From Psilocybe cubensis (taxonomy: Eukaryota): 64,000 nucleotides of DNA. Position numbers and translations under genes: made by a program. The notes under the pieces are model-generated. The model did no database searches. It worked only from the letters and a program-made list of their open reading frames with translations, and was not told the origin of the DNA. The DNA lies in the NCBI GenBank assembly GCA_017499595.2, contig CM038998.1, positions 2,356,001 to 2,420,000 on the forward strand. Reading direction: 5' to 3'. Below, one piece after another: positions 36,733 to 49,561 of this stretch (positions are counted from its first letter, which is position 1; each line of letters begins with the position of its first letter).

Positions 36733-38139
36733 TCAATTATGCCTAACCTGCATTGCGTGCATAGTGGCAAGAATATTCGTTACTTCCGAGGAATCAAGTG
36801 AACTTTGTCGAGGTGCAACTGGTTGATTCAATCCCATCGATTCCATCTGTTGCAAAATGGCAGTGTATTCGGGTGAAAATTGTGTCGAAGATGATGGGGG
36901 ACAAACACCGGTGTCGAATGAAGAGTCAATAGCAAGATTATCTGCTGAAGCTATGGCATGCGAAGCTGCAGTGAATGCCACCTCTGGTATGTCAGTATTT
37001 ATTGCATCCATCAGGCTATTGTCGATATTCGCAGAGCTATCCATGTTTTCGAGGGCCACCTTCGTGCCAAGTCGAAGAGTCGCCTTTCCAACGGATTTAC
37101 CGACAGCCATGCCCACTTTTTTTAAAAGTTTGTGATTGGCATTGGGATTTTTACCGTTCTGTACGATGCGACTCCCAGGTTGTCCAGGTGGAGTGCTACT
37201 CCGTGCCACAGACTGTGAGTGATTGGACGTCCAAAACATGGAGTTCTGTGTTGAGGGTAAGTAAGCCACTTGTTGATTTCGGAAGGGAAGATCAGCGCCC
37301 GTTGGTATGATTGTACCATCATTATGAGGCCGAGAAGCTAAAGATGATGAATTGGGTATGATGATGGGCGCAAGGACTGGTTTTGTGGAAGGAGCGACTG
37401 ATGGAACATGGGATATTTCGGAAGATGAGGATTGAATTGACTGAGTACCGGTAAATACTTGGAATGCAGGTGTGGTTATTTTTGTAGAGACTTGAAGAGG
37501 ATTGGGAGAGCATATAGTTATTTTATGATCTGTCACTTTTTTGGATTGTGCATTTCGGGTTGGATTCTGAGCCGTGGATGTCGTGCTGTACACGAATGTT
37601 GGTACGGTTACTGAGCGATGTTGGTGTGTATCTAATTCAGTGGAATATGGTCTGTTATTTAATTGACGAGTTGAATCGAGAGTCTGGCGGTTTTGTGAAA
37701 TTGTGCGCACCCCAAATTCGTCCGCACTTTCGCTTACTGAAGTGCGGTCAACAACGGAAAAAGATGTCCTTGGAAAGTTAGGGCTACGCGCGCCCCGAGG
37801 CTTTCTTGAAGACCCATGGAGCACACTGGGAGAAGCTCGTAACGGTTCAGATGAGGAATGTGCTGGTACGACAGAGGATGACGTTGGTGAAGGAACTAAA
37901 AAACCTGCGATAGGTGATGAAGGTGGCGTAGCATATAGGTTAGCTTCGGGTGAACGGCCAAGAGAGCTTGAGGGTCTCGAGGTTGCGTTCGTGGGATAGC
38001 TTAGTGATGTCGGCAAAGAGCTCGCATAAAGCTTTTGAGCAAATGTTGGGCCTTGAGCGCCTTGTGCCTCTGTAACAGCGACAAAAGGCGGAATTATTTG
38101 CACAGACCGCGTGTGGTCTTGTACCTGGTGTCCTGACAT
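36733..38139 (-). CDS. Hypothetical Ser/Pro-rich protein (3' end uncertain)
   Basis: 468-aa ATG-initiated ORF; no family recognised. Confidence 0.5.
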   Translation of the reverse strand: MSGHQVQDHTRSVQIIPPFVAVTEAQGAQGPTFAQKLYASSLPTSLSYPTNATSRPSSSLGRSPEANLYATPPSSPIAGFLVPSPTSSSVVPAHSSSEPLRASPSVLHGSSRKPRGARSPNFPRTSFSVVDRTSVSESADEFGVRTISQNRQTLDSTRQLNNRPYSTELDTHQHRSVTVPTFVYSTTSTAQNPTRNAQSKKVTDHKITICSPNPLQVSTKITTPAFQVFTGTQSIQSSSSEISHVPSVAPSTKPVLAPIIIPNSSSLASRPHNDGTIIPTGADLPFRNQQVAYLPSTQNSMFWTSNHSQSVARSSTPPGQPGSRIVQNGKNPNANHKLLKKVGMAVGKSVGKATLRLGTKVALENMDSSANIDNSLMDAINTDIPEVAFTAASHAIASADNLAIDSSFDTGVCPPSSSTQFSPEYTAILQQMESMGLNQPVAPRQSSLDSSEVTNILATMHAMQVRHN

Positions 38140-39653
38140 TGGGGCGTTTGGAACAGCATCTGTTGGTGGCCTAGAGATTTGATTATTCGATGTGCGACCA
38201 TATTGATCATAGGGGTGGACGAATGACGCAACTGGAGGAGTTGCGTTGAGATTAACATAGTACCTAAGTAATTAGAATGTTTTTCAACGCGTGTCGCGAA
38301 GTCACGTATCGGAATGAGCGCTGACCGCAAATTTCGTCTAACACAACGAAGATGACACGTTTCAAAAAATGAAGATAGATTCGAACATGGCGAGGCACTT
38401 ACTGCTGATCATAATGGGCTACCCAACCCGGTGGAAGACTCCTATATTCCATGTTTATGCGCCCTGCTGAAGGTGCTTGCATGCTCAAGTACCGACTCTT
38501 CAATGATGGTGAATGCCAAAGCTGAAGGAGACACAACAAAGTGCTGAGGTCCATCGAACTATGGGTAGCGTTTTATAGAGTAGTCCAGGGACGTTACTGT
38601 GGCTAAATTATCATCTGTCATTCGTCAAACAGTTGAGTCAGCCTCGAGGAGAGAGAGTACGTCAGGGATCAACATTCTGTGCACAGACACAGGATTCAAA
38701 GAACACAGACACAGGGGTCTGGTGCCTTGTCTCAAAATGCGCGTATTACAATCAACGTCACAAGAGGCACAGAATTAGCTGGCAGTGCACCGGCACCCAA
38801 GAGTTGAAACCCAGTACTACACCATCAATCCTTCATGAAGATCATCTGTAGAGCTGTGCAAGCATCAATTAAAACATGTTGCCAGAGATACTTGCAACGT
38901 TCACAAGCTATGAAATAGATTTGTTTGGAATGTCCAACCGCGAACCTCGAACCGCGAAACCACGAAACGAGGAGCGCAACAGAGAAGCGAAGGAATACTG
39001 GTTCACAGAGCATTCGCCCCACACGCCCCGCATGCGAATGGTTGAGGATAAGTTTAGCGAGAAATGACTTCAGCCCATGGTGAAACTGATGGGAAGCTGT
39101 GATCCGTTGAATAGATGAACGTCATAGCTCATATGACCCCGTATGTATGTATTTGGCTTCATGGACATTGTTCACAAAATCCGGAGTATCTGGATTGCCA
39201 TTTAAAATAATTACAACAACAAAGTTACAAGTGTACAAGACTACATATTGATATGTGCATGTTTATATGCAGAACTTTCCGAAAAAGTAGATAGTAATGC
39301 CACCACTGGAGTATAGATTTATGTTTGATGCGTGTTGCAGAAAAGAAAAGGAGAACAGAAGGAAATAAAGCGAGGGAGAAACAAATTAAATGGTCCCCAA
39401 GGTACATTCGATGTAATGGCAATGATAATGATCCAAGATAATGTGCTACATGAGATATTGTGGTGGTATAAGAGGTGTTGGGAGTCACTGTCGTGCATTA
39501 TGCATTAAAAGGGTGAGGTGGTCAAAATGTGCCGGACGTATGTCGCGAGTTCAAAGTTCGATAGTAAAAAAGAAAGAAATGTCTCTGAGCTAAATTTGTC
39601 AGACCAAAGATCAACACAGAGGACAAACAGAAGAGAAGAGCAAATCAGTTTCA

Positions 39654-42600
39654 TCATGGAGGCATAGCCCTCGCCGAGGGCGCACTCACACCTCCCATGT
39701 GCAGCACACTCGATGTCACTCGCACCGGCACAGGGTGATACCTAGCATCATCCACCACGTTCAAATCGTCCCCACTCCTTTGCTTTCTTTTCACACTTGG
39801 TCTCTTCGATAGCATCAGATCCCCCTCCTTGTTCTCCTTTGGTAGCTCCGTCGGGCTTGCCCCTCTCTTCCCAATCGAAATAGATGAAGACGATGCTATC
39901 GAAGCCAGCTCATGCGAGTATGGATGCGAATTCTGTCGCCTCGAAGGCGACGACTTGGGAGAACGGGAGGCAGACGTTGACGATCTAGGCGTTTGCGGTA
40001 CATCTGCGGATGAAGACGTAGCTGTAGGAGTAGCAGGTTTCGATGTCTTTCTCGACGGCGGTATGAGTCCCTCGGCGGCCTCTTTCTCTTCATCCAGGAC
40101 CATTAAGGACCCTTCAATGATGGCCGCGTGTACGAAGACATACTGCCTTAGACTCTGACATAGGCTCATTCGTTGTTCACGCATATCCTGGACGACTTCC
40201 CAGATAGGATCGTCAAATGTTGTCAAAGGCGGGGGGGTATAATCTTCATGAAGCGGCCTGGGCTCTTTATAATCAAATGTCTTCGGTTGTCCATCTGGAG
40301 GAGTCACTTTACAAGTAGAAGTTGAACCATTTACAGGAGAAGATGCTTTCTTTGACGATTTAAATTTAAAGGATGCCTCATCAGCGGAGGGTGATTGAGA
40401 TCTTGAAGGTGGAGATTCAGCGTCGCTTGACATCGGGGGATGAAGAGATGATAGCGATTTAGATGGACTGCTCATTAAATCGAGAGAAAGGGCAAATGGT
40501 TTGACAACCGTCTCCACGCGTGAGTTCGAGAGGTCGGGCAGATCACTGGACCCCTTTTTAAGGTGCAGGGGACTTGGGGAGGATACCAGCGACCGAACAA
40601 TATCTCTGTGATACCTCCCAAGAGTTGCTGAGGTCGAGTGAACGGGAGGAGCGGATATCGTTCGATGGCGCTGCTCGGAGGCAGAAGGTTTCTGGTGGTT
40701 GAAAGAGGCTTGAAGTAAATCGGAAGTGAACTGGTGTTGAGGGTGTGCTTTGAAATATGATGAGGACCCAGACACAGAAGTCCCAAGTGAAGAGGACGGA
40801 TTATAATAGTAGCTACCATGTTTATGAGGCGTCTCCGATGCCCCTGCTAGGTTTGAAGATTCCGGTGTTGAAAAAGACAAGTTCGAGCTTGAGGGAAATC
40901 GGCATTCTTCGGTCGTTTGACTTGGTCCATTTGAAGAACCAACAATACCTGTTTCGTCGCGTACATTCTCGGCCCACTGCATCGTGCCAGAACTCGACAT
41001 AGTAGCATCCGCAGCTTCGTTTTCAAACTGGTCAGGGTGATCAACTTGCATGGGCGTAGCCATTCGGACGTGAATCGTTCTGCTTTCTTCTGTGGTCGGT
41101 TCGCCGCTGCCTTGCCTATTAGTCAAGTCAAGTGTTGCCGTCTTCTCACTGATTGTTGTTGCCTTGTGACTATCGGGTGCAACGTCCATAGCATCGCCCG
41201 TGCGAGCATTACGAACCTCCCTCCTAATCGCGTCTAAAATGGCGTCCACAGCAATAAAACCGCCCGTCCTTCCCACTCCAGCGCTACAATGCAATAATAC
41301 AGGATTGTTACCTCCCAGCGTATGCATTGCTACTCCCGTCTTTTCGTCAATGTCAGTCAGGGACACCTGATTAGACCCTTTTCTCCGTTTCTTGGGCTCG
41401 CTGGGCTGATCGTCCATTTGCGTTTCTCTGACAGCTTCTTCGACCTGCTTAACCAATCCTAATACGCCTCTTGGATCCTCAGGTACATTCATGTCTGGCC
41501 ATTCCAAATATTGAAGATGCACAATACGGCGGGGTTTTGCTTCCGGATATCCTGTGTGCGTCAGCTCAAAGATTCTCTTGACCGTCTCTGAACTTTTATT
41601 GTGGTAGTGGTGGTGGCGGTAGCGCCTTTGAGAGCCAGCAGAGTGGGGAAAGCGTCTCTGGGATGTTACGCGAGAGGGAGGCTGCACGGACAGCGAAGAG
41701 TGCTGTGAAAAGAAGCCGGCGGTCGTCGGCCGTTCGTCCACCGACGGGAGGCCTTCTGTGGAGACCAATCGGAGACGAAGAGGGCCAAAGACAGTATCTG
41801 ACCAATAAGCTCCACACTTGACCATGGCACCTTCGACCTCGCGGGTCAACATTACAATAACGTGAACATTTTGCTCCCAGCAAAGTCTGGCATGACATGA
41901 GTCTGATAGAATTGAGCAAATAGTAATACACTCACGTCCAAAAGTCAGTGAATGTAGCTGGCAGGGGACCTTGAGTGGCGATATATCGCTTGGTGGTTCC
42001 GAGAGGTTGTATGTATGACGCATTTATATAATCGTCATCGGTCTCCTTCTTTTGATGGAGTCTGACGCGGGCGTGTTCAAAAGGCCAGATATGTCGATAC
42101 CTTTAAACGAAAATTAGTGGGAATAAAAGCATAAAAAAAAGCACAAGCGCACCTATTCTTTGCACCTTTCTCGACCCCAGCGGTAATACTGTACGGAAAA
42201 GGGTTGGAAGTATGGGATGAAGATGCCATTTGAGATACTTGTCCACTTTCTCTAGAGTGGTGCTCCATGATACCCATCATTCTGCGCTGCTCGGAGAGCT
42301 CGATCTTGAAAAATTGCATGGCAAGGGCCTCCTTGCCCTCTTCAATATCAGCCTGAGTAGCACCCTCGTCGTCTTCGGATTCAGAGGAGGTGGAATCACT
42401 GTATGATCCGTGATGATGGGGAGCATTAGCGGCTCTGCGTGCAATATCCTGCAGCCAGGGAAAAGGGAGTTCATGTATACGGCGCCGGACCCGCTTTGGA
42501 AGGCGCAGAGGAATGCGATCTGTGATACCGTGAGAAAGCTCAGTGTTCTGGCGAATGGTGTCGAAAAAGGGATTGAAAGCGGGATGGGAGTTAGTAGGTG

Positions 42601-43312
42601 CGGAGATGGCAGCAGGAAGCAAGCCCGACGAAGGCTGAACGAACTTGGGCGCCGAAGGGGCACCTGCGGCGGAGGTATTAAAACGGGGCGAACTGTGAAC
42701 TGTAGTGGAGGAGAGGGAAAAGGCTGCCATGGGAAGGTGGCGAGTCTTGAGCAGAGATGACTTGGGGTCACTGGAGGCGCTTTCATCGTCATCGTCGTCA
42801 TGCTCATTGTCGGGGGTGGGAGGACTTGTGTCTATGAGATCGCGCCTGTCGCGCCAGAGGGCATGGAAGCCGCCTTTGAGCCAGACGAGGTCGCGCTGGA
42901 AACCATCTGCCTTGAACTTGCGGAGGAGGCCGGCAATATTGGAGGAGTCTGGGACAGAGGAAGAGTCAGCGTCGTAGACGAGAATGCGGGAGGCGGCGGC
43001 CCATGCGGAGAAGCGGTTGCGAGCAGCACTGGAGGGAAGCATGGCTGAGAGACGTTGGAGGGAGAAGAGAGGGCGCTTTAGGAGGGTGGAGGGCACGGAG
43101 AGGGAGATGGCGTGGGGGATGCGGGCGGCGGAGAAGGCAGCATGGGGACGGATGTCGAGGATGAGGGCGGTGGGGTCGGTGAGCCAGTCGTCGAGAGAGG
43201 CGGGGTCGATGGCGGGGAAGACATTGGGTCGGGCGGGGTCGGGCGGGGGCGGGACAGAGAGGATGGCGGACTGCTTGAATCTGTCTGCAATCGCCTGTGC
43301 AAAGGAGTCCAT
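39654..43312 (-). CDS. Protein-tyrosine phosphatase with N-terminal rhodanese domain (Ptp2/Ptp3/Pyp-type MAPK phosphatase); spliced
   Basis: LILDIRPHAAFSAARIPHAISL; KNRYRHIWPFEHARVRL; YIATQGP; LQYLEWPD; LLHCSAGVGRTG; MREQRMSLCQSLRQY. Confidence 0.93.
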
Positions 43313-43365
43313 GGCGCAGAGGGCATTCGCCGCGAAAAAGTCATCGTTAACTATTCTACAAAGTA

Positions 43366-43377
43366 CATGACGTCATG
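43366..43377. promoter_or_regulatory. 12-bp palindrome CATGACGTCATG containing an ATF/CRE site, ~55 bp upstream of the PTP ATG
   Basis: perfect palindrome seen in the sequence. Confidence 0.5.
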
Positions 43378-43391
43378 GTCTAGACCCTGCC

Positions 43392-46300
43392 CTATTCTGA
43401 AAACATTGATCCATCGCCCTCCGAGTCACTCGACCCGATCTCCACATATTTCCCCACTGTCTTCCCCCGCCCCACCCGCCCCGCCACAACTCCTCCCGTC
43501 GTCGTCCCTCCGTACTCACCATCTTCAGACTCGCTTCCTATCACCACCGCCTTCTTCGTCTTCGCCGGCGATGCTGGCTTCATCTTTTTCGCCAATTTCC
43601 CCGCTCCAGTGGCTTTCGTCTCCACTGTCGTCGTCTTCGTCTTTTTCGCTGGCTTCGCTTTCGCCAGCTCGTCTTCACTCTCCTCTCCAGTAGATCCCAT
43701 GCTGTATCGTATTTAGTACCCAGTTGGTCAGCCAATCAATTTACATACCTCTTCCGCTTCGGCCTCGCCGGGCCCTTACCCTTGGACGGCGGTTTGTAGT
43801 CTGCCTCGCTCTCGCTCTCAGAATCCTTGATCACGAGAGCCTTCGATGCCGCCTTGCGTTTCCCTCGCGCAGGTTCCTTGGCTTCAACCATCACAACGTC
43901 CGAGTCAGATTGCTCTTCGCTTGTCTTTTTCGGCGCGTCTGCTTTCTTGCTGGTACCTGCCCGAGCTTTCACCACTGGAGCCGACACATCCTCATCATCA
44001 CTCTCTGCCTGTTTGGCCGCTTTTTTAACCGGTGCCCGGCTTTTCACCCGAGGCACAAATGCATCCTCGTCGTCTTCGTCGCTGTCAATCTTCTTGGACG
44101 TCGTCACTTTCTTGGCTGCTGCTGCCTTGGGCTTGGGTGGAGGAACAACTTCTTTCTCCTCATTTGCTGGCGCTGCCTTCTTCGCTGCTGCGGCCGCTAC
44201 CCGCACCCTAGGTTCGGGAGGAGGCGCAAAATCATACTCGTCGTCGTCATCATCGCTCAACTCGACGATTTTTTTAGGCCCAGAAACTTTACGTTTTGGT
44301 GGACCATCCTCCTTTAGCACTGCAGGTTTCTTGGTTTCAACCGGCTTTCGCTTCGCAGCTGCCGCCTTGGTAGGCCTGAATTCATCTTCAGAGTTATCAG
44401 ACATATGACCTGTGCCAATGGATTTTCGTGTGCGCAAGACGGTTTGCTTGCGCTTGACTTTCTTCCCTTTAGCGTCCTTGGTCTTCTTTTCCTCGAACTC
44501 GAGGCAGCTCAGCTACACAAAAACATTAATAACTGGTTATCAATATGAAAACATTCATTTATACCTCCCACTCTTTCAAGAAGACGTCAAGATCCGCATT
44601 CCACAAATCCTTTGGAGACTTTTCCAGGAGAACAAGCAGCTCAGCCTCTTTATCCGCGGCTTGCTGCTTGAGTTTCTCGATCTATTTGCAGCACAAAGTA
44701 AGCACCACTTCAAGAGAGTAAACACCCCAACCAACCTTCTCGCGAGTCAGACTCCAGATCGCCATCCCAAGCAAGTAATCAAAGTCTGAGTCTGCACCGT
44801 TCTCATCCACCTCTTCTTCCTCTCCTTCATCCTCATTTTCTTCCTGAGGCTCATCAACGGCTGTAGGCTTAACGACTTTGGGAAACGGTCGGAACTTGTG
44901 TTTGCGTAGGTCCTGGACAATGTCTTTCTTTTTTCGGTTCGCCACAATGAGTTGCCTGTCGACAATCATTTGCACAAACCGCGCCTGGTTCGTCAGTTTC
45001 TCAAACATGGTCTGAAGTTCATTGGCCATAAAGTCCTGGATTTGTCAAATATATATTGTATCCTCGCTGATCGAAAGGAACACACTGACCTTGCGTTTCT
45101 GGTAGTATGACAGACGGACAGGATAGAAGTCCTCCAAGATCTCCTCGGGCGAATCATACCTCTTAATTTTGCCCTCGAAATCAAAGCAAATCATATTGCT
45201 CGTGTTAATCTTGGACGTCAACTTAAAGAATTCATGCAGTCCGACTGCCTCCGCCTTTTCCAGGTCTTTGGCAGACATCGTAACGATGAAGTGGATATTC
45301 AGATTGTCGTGGTGTTCTTTGTAGTCCTGGATATATACAATCAGCCATGTACCTTCAAGGAGGTTAGACAGTGAATTAACATACTTTGACAGTACCTTCC
45401 TTGTCCTTCTCCTTGTCGCCGGCGATCATAGCCTCGAGCTCCGCCTTGTAGGTCTGTGTCCATTTGTGAATAGGAAGCTCCGTAATTTCCACAGTGGTAT
45501 CGTTCAACTTCTTGACGACACCAAGTACGTCGTACTTGTGCTTTGCCACGAGCTTAACCTCGCCCTTGAAACCACGCCACCACGGAGTCATGGGTACTAG
45601 TTCTTCGCCCTTCATCAGCCTACGTATATTGTCTACAATATCCGTGGGATTATAACAAGGGATGTTTGTACTCCAACCTACAAATTGATTCTTTAGGTTC
45701 TTCCAGAAGTCACTTGAAAAGCACACATACCTGTACCGATACCTTCTGCGCCGTTGATGAGCACCATCGGCACAATAGGCATGTAAAATTCTGGCTCAAT
45801 AGGTGAATTGTCGTCCTTCTGCTGGTTGAGCAGGTTGTCATCAGATGGGTTCATGATGACGCGAGCAAGCGACGTAGGTTTGGTAAAGATGTAACGCGGC
45901 GCGGCGTGGTCCTTGCCACCCATATCACGCGTGCCGTACTGGCCCGAAGGATAGAGCAGGTTCAAATTGTTGCTGCCGACGTAGTCCTGCGCCAAGTTGA
46001 CGATTGTTGCCGCTAAACTAGCTTCGCCGTGATGATAAGCGGCATGCTCAGAAATGTAACCCACGAGTTGCGCAACCTATCAAAGCAAAATTTTAACGAA
46101 ACGTATTGAAGCTCAGAAATAGTGCAAGTTACGGTACCTTGATTTCAGACTTTAGCTTACGCTTGAAACAACCCCAGATGACCTTCCTCTGACCAGGCTT
46201 GAGACCGTCAGCAACTGAAGGGATCGAACGAACATTATCAGCCATGGAAAACAAGATTAACTCTTTGTTGATGAAATCGGAAAATGGGATTTCATCCATC

Positions 46301-48976
46301 TGATGGTCGAGATATGTCCCTGGTTTGAACTGGCGCAGCCATTCCTTCCTTTCGTCTGCCTTCTTCTTGCTGAAAGCGAGGTCGATGAGTTCCTTGTCTC
46401 CGTCTTGCGTAGGAGCGAAAGGAATCATATGTTTCTCCATGTGGCTAAAATACTCGCGAGCGTCCGCATCGGTGCTCGTGCCTAAACCCTGAATTGAAAC
46501 GATGATCAGGAGACATAATTTCTTAAGCACGGAAGACAGACCTTGTAGTACTTGGAAACCCATTTCCTTGAATCTGGTGTCGATTCCTGCCACTTCTCGA
46601 ACTCGGGGATTGTAAAAAAGTCGATGTGTTTCTTTCCGTTGGTAACCTTAGAAAACCGACGTCAGTTTTGACTGGGTGGAATGCTTTATGGACATACACT
46701 CACTCGTACAATTGGTGTAACGAATTCTACAAGGAATTCGGGTAGTTTTAAGAGAGATGGATAAAAGTGGTCAAAGAAGTTGATCAAAAGTCCCTTAATA
46801 TGGGAACCATCGTGATCCTATTAGCGGCTCTCAAGTCAGATTGGAATCGTAAAATGGCACGAAAATATAACCTGATCTGTCATGATCATAAGCCTTCCAT
46901 ATCGGAGGCTGGATGTGCTCGTATAGTCTTTGTTGTGTTGAAGGCCCATTATCTTCTTGATATTCTGGATCTCCTCATTCTTCATGATCTGGTCGTGTCT
47001 AGCCTCGCGAACATTTAGAAGCTTTCCGCGAAGTGGAAAAACCCCAAAGTTGTCTCTGCCAACAACTCCAAGGCCAGCAACAGCGAGAGCCTTGGCGGAA
47101 TCTCCTTCCGTCAGAATCAGCGTACAATCTTTCCCGTACTTGGTACCCGCGTTGTTTGCATCAGCAAGTTTGGCAAGGCCTAGCAATCTACAGGTTTATT
47201 GAATATAAAGCGTATGACCAGGTCAAACTACAACCGACCTTTCCCGTTTGGTTCCATCCGTCTTCTTGATTTGCTGATCGGCCTTATACTTAGCCCAATT
47301 CAAAACGTTGTCGACGATGGGCGACTTGATGACTAGCAATCGATTAGATGCGTCAAATAATCTCCAAAGTACATACCTTTCTTGATGAAGTCTTCTGTCA
47401 GCGTAGGTTTGCTACCGAATTTCGAGGCCGGCAATGTCAATGTCTCTTTAGTCTGACTGTCAAAGGTTGGATTGACAATCAATGCATTCACGAAGATCCA
47501 CATATGGTTCTTGATTTGGGCAGGCTTCACCGTAGCGGCTTTGTTCTTTTTCGAGATAGCTGCTATAAGACTTTTCGTAATCTGGTCAGTGATATAAGTA
47601 ACATGCGTTCCTCCTTTGCTTGTCGAAATCGCATTGGCGAATGAGACATGTTGGAATGTGCCGTCTGATACAGTAAAAGCAACTTCCCATCGAGAGCCCG
47701 CTTGTTCGTAAATAACACTTTGTTTGGGTTGAACAGCACCTCCAGAATTTTCGGAGGCCTCGGCTTGAACTGAATTGACATAAAGATCAACATATTGGCG
47801 GAAATTCTTGATTTTCAGGCGTTCATCGTCCAAGAACACTTTGATGTCCTTAACAACTCCAGCCATGTCATAAACACGTTTTCGCAGAAGGCTGGCAGTG
47901 TCTTCGTCAATCTTTTCCATTCCAAATCGTTTCAAATCCGGCTTGAAAGTGATACGAGTGTACTCTTCGCCTTTGGAATTTTTCGTAATCTTCGGCTTGC
48001 CGCATTTACCCATGTTGTCAGTCCACGTTTGCTTATATTTTTGCATTGAATTTTTGTCGGCCGTTTCGACGGTAAATTCATGCGAATAGATGTTGGCCAA
48101 CTTTGCACCATAACCATTGCGACCTCCCGTGAGCTTTTTCTCGTCGTCATCGTAATTAGAGGAGGAAAGCAGGTGTCCAAATATGAGTTCTGGAACGTAT
48201 ATTTTTTCAGTCTCGTGAATTTCGATGGGTATGCCTCGGCCATTGTTATAGACAGAAATGGTGCTTTCTTCGACATCAATATTGACCTTCAAGGTGTCCA
48301 TATTTGGGTCATTTATCTAGACACACTGTTAGCTGAGTAGCAGGGGATTTCTGGAAAGATCACCTTGTTATCGGCGGCATTGACAAGAATCTCATCCACG
48401 ATTTTGAAAAAACCAGGTACATATCTGACATCTCGGTTGATCATACGTTTAGTTGTTGCATCATACGTCCACATGTGCTGAGTAATAGTTTCGACACTGC
48501 CAATATAAGAATCTGGACGCTTCAAAATATGCTCCAGTTGAGAGAGCTATGGAAGGGATGAGTTGTGTTTAAAAATTAAAAGATTATGCACAACAACCTT
48601 TGTGTAAGTCTCAGTGGCAGTCTTCTTCTTCTTTGCTGGAACTAGCTTGCTCGTTGAGGCTTTCAAATCCTCGTCCTCGGACGCGTCATTGTTCAAATCC
48701 ATGGCATATTCTTCTACATTATCGTCGTGATCGACTAGGACTTTCTTCTTCGACACAGTCTTGGGCTTTGCCTTTGTCCCTGTTAGCATTGGCTTCGCAG
48801 AAGCTTTAGGTGCAGTCTTCGATTTGGCTGGTGCCTGTTAGAAATTTGTGAGTAGGTCGACTTGGAAAGAAAAGTTGTCTGCATCGCGTCCTAACCTTCT
48901 TCTTTTCAGGTTCATAGTCCTCGGAATCGGACCCAGAAATGTTCATACTGAAGTTCTCTTCCTCAGAAGAGCTCAT
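43392..48976 (-). CDS. TOP2: DNA topoisomerase II; many introns
   Basis: KRPDSYIGS, EILVNAADN, GGRNGYGAKL, LILTEGDSA, PLRGKLLNV, DGLKPGQRK, YHHGE, AAPRYIFT; Lys/acidic C-terminal tail. Confidence 0.98.
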
Positions 48977-49561
48977 TATTACAGATGAGGTGAGGAAAAT
49001 CGATAACAGGTGTGTGCCGTAACGTTGTAAGTTGGTTGAATGTCAATTGACAATGAATCGGCACCGTGACTCTCAGTGCCACAATTTCAACCTCGTGACC
49101 GACGCGTTGCTTATTATTGTTTGGTACAGTGGCTGTGGCCTTAACTAATTCAAAGTCGTGATTTTGACATATGCAAGTACATTCGATTCCACTTGTGGAT
49201 CCAGACGACAAGGACCCATATACTTCACGTTGTGTCCAACATCCAGGGAAAGGGTGCAACTGAATTTCATCTGCCTGCCTATGTGGGACTCCCAACTATC
49301 CTAGAAATCGTTGATAGACCGACCCAGAACGGACGAGTCACTTGAACCCAAAATAATTTACCAAAAATATAGAATGGACTTGACATACTACCTCGTCACC
49401 AATGCATGCAAACAGTACACCAAATAAAGCTGAGTGTCATAGGCCAAAACCAGATTAAAATAAAAAGAAAGAAGTGAGAATCTCTCTTTTTTTTCTCCAT
49501 TTTTAGGCCACTTCCCATTTGGGATACCCACCCACATGAACGAAAACCACAATAACCGCAA

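Noticed and set aside
43226..43253. G-quadruplex-like run
   Set aside because: Explained by Pro-rich codons (PPPPDPARP) of the PTP on the opposite strand
42984..44408. Long + strand ORFs antisense to PTP and TOP2
   Set aside because: GC-rich, low-complexity antisense shadows of real genes
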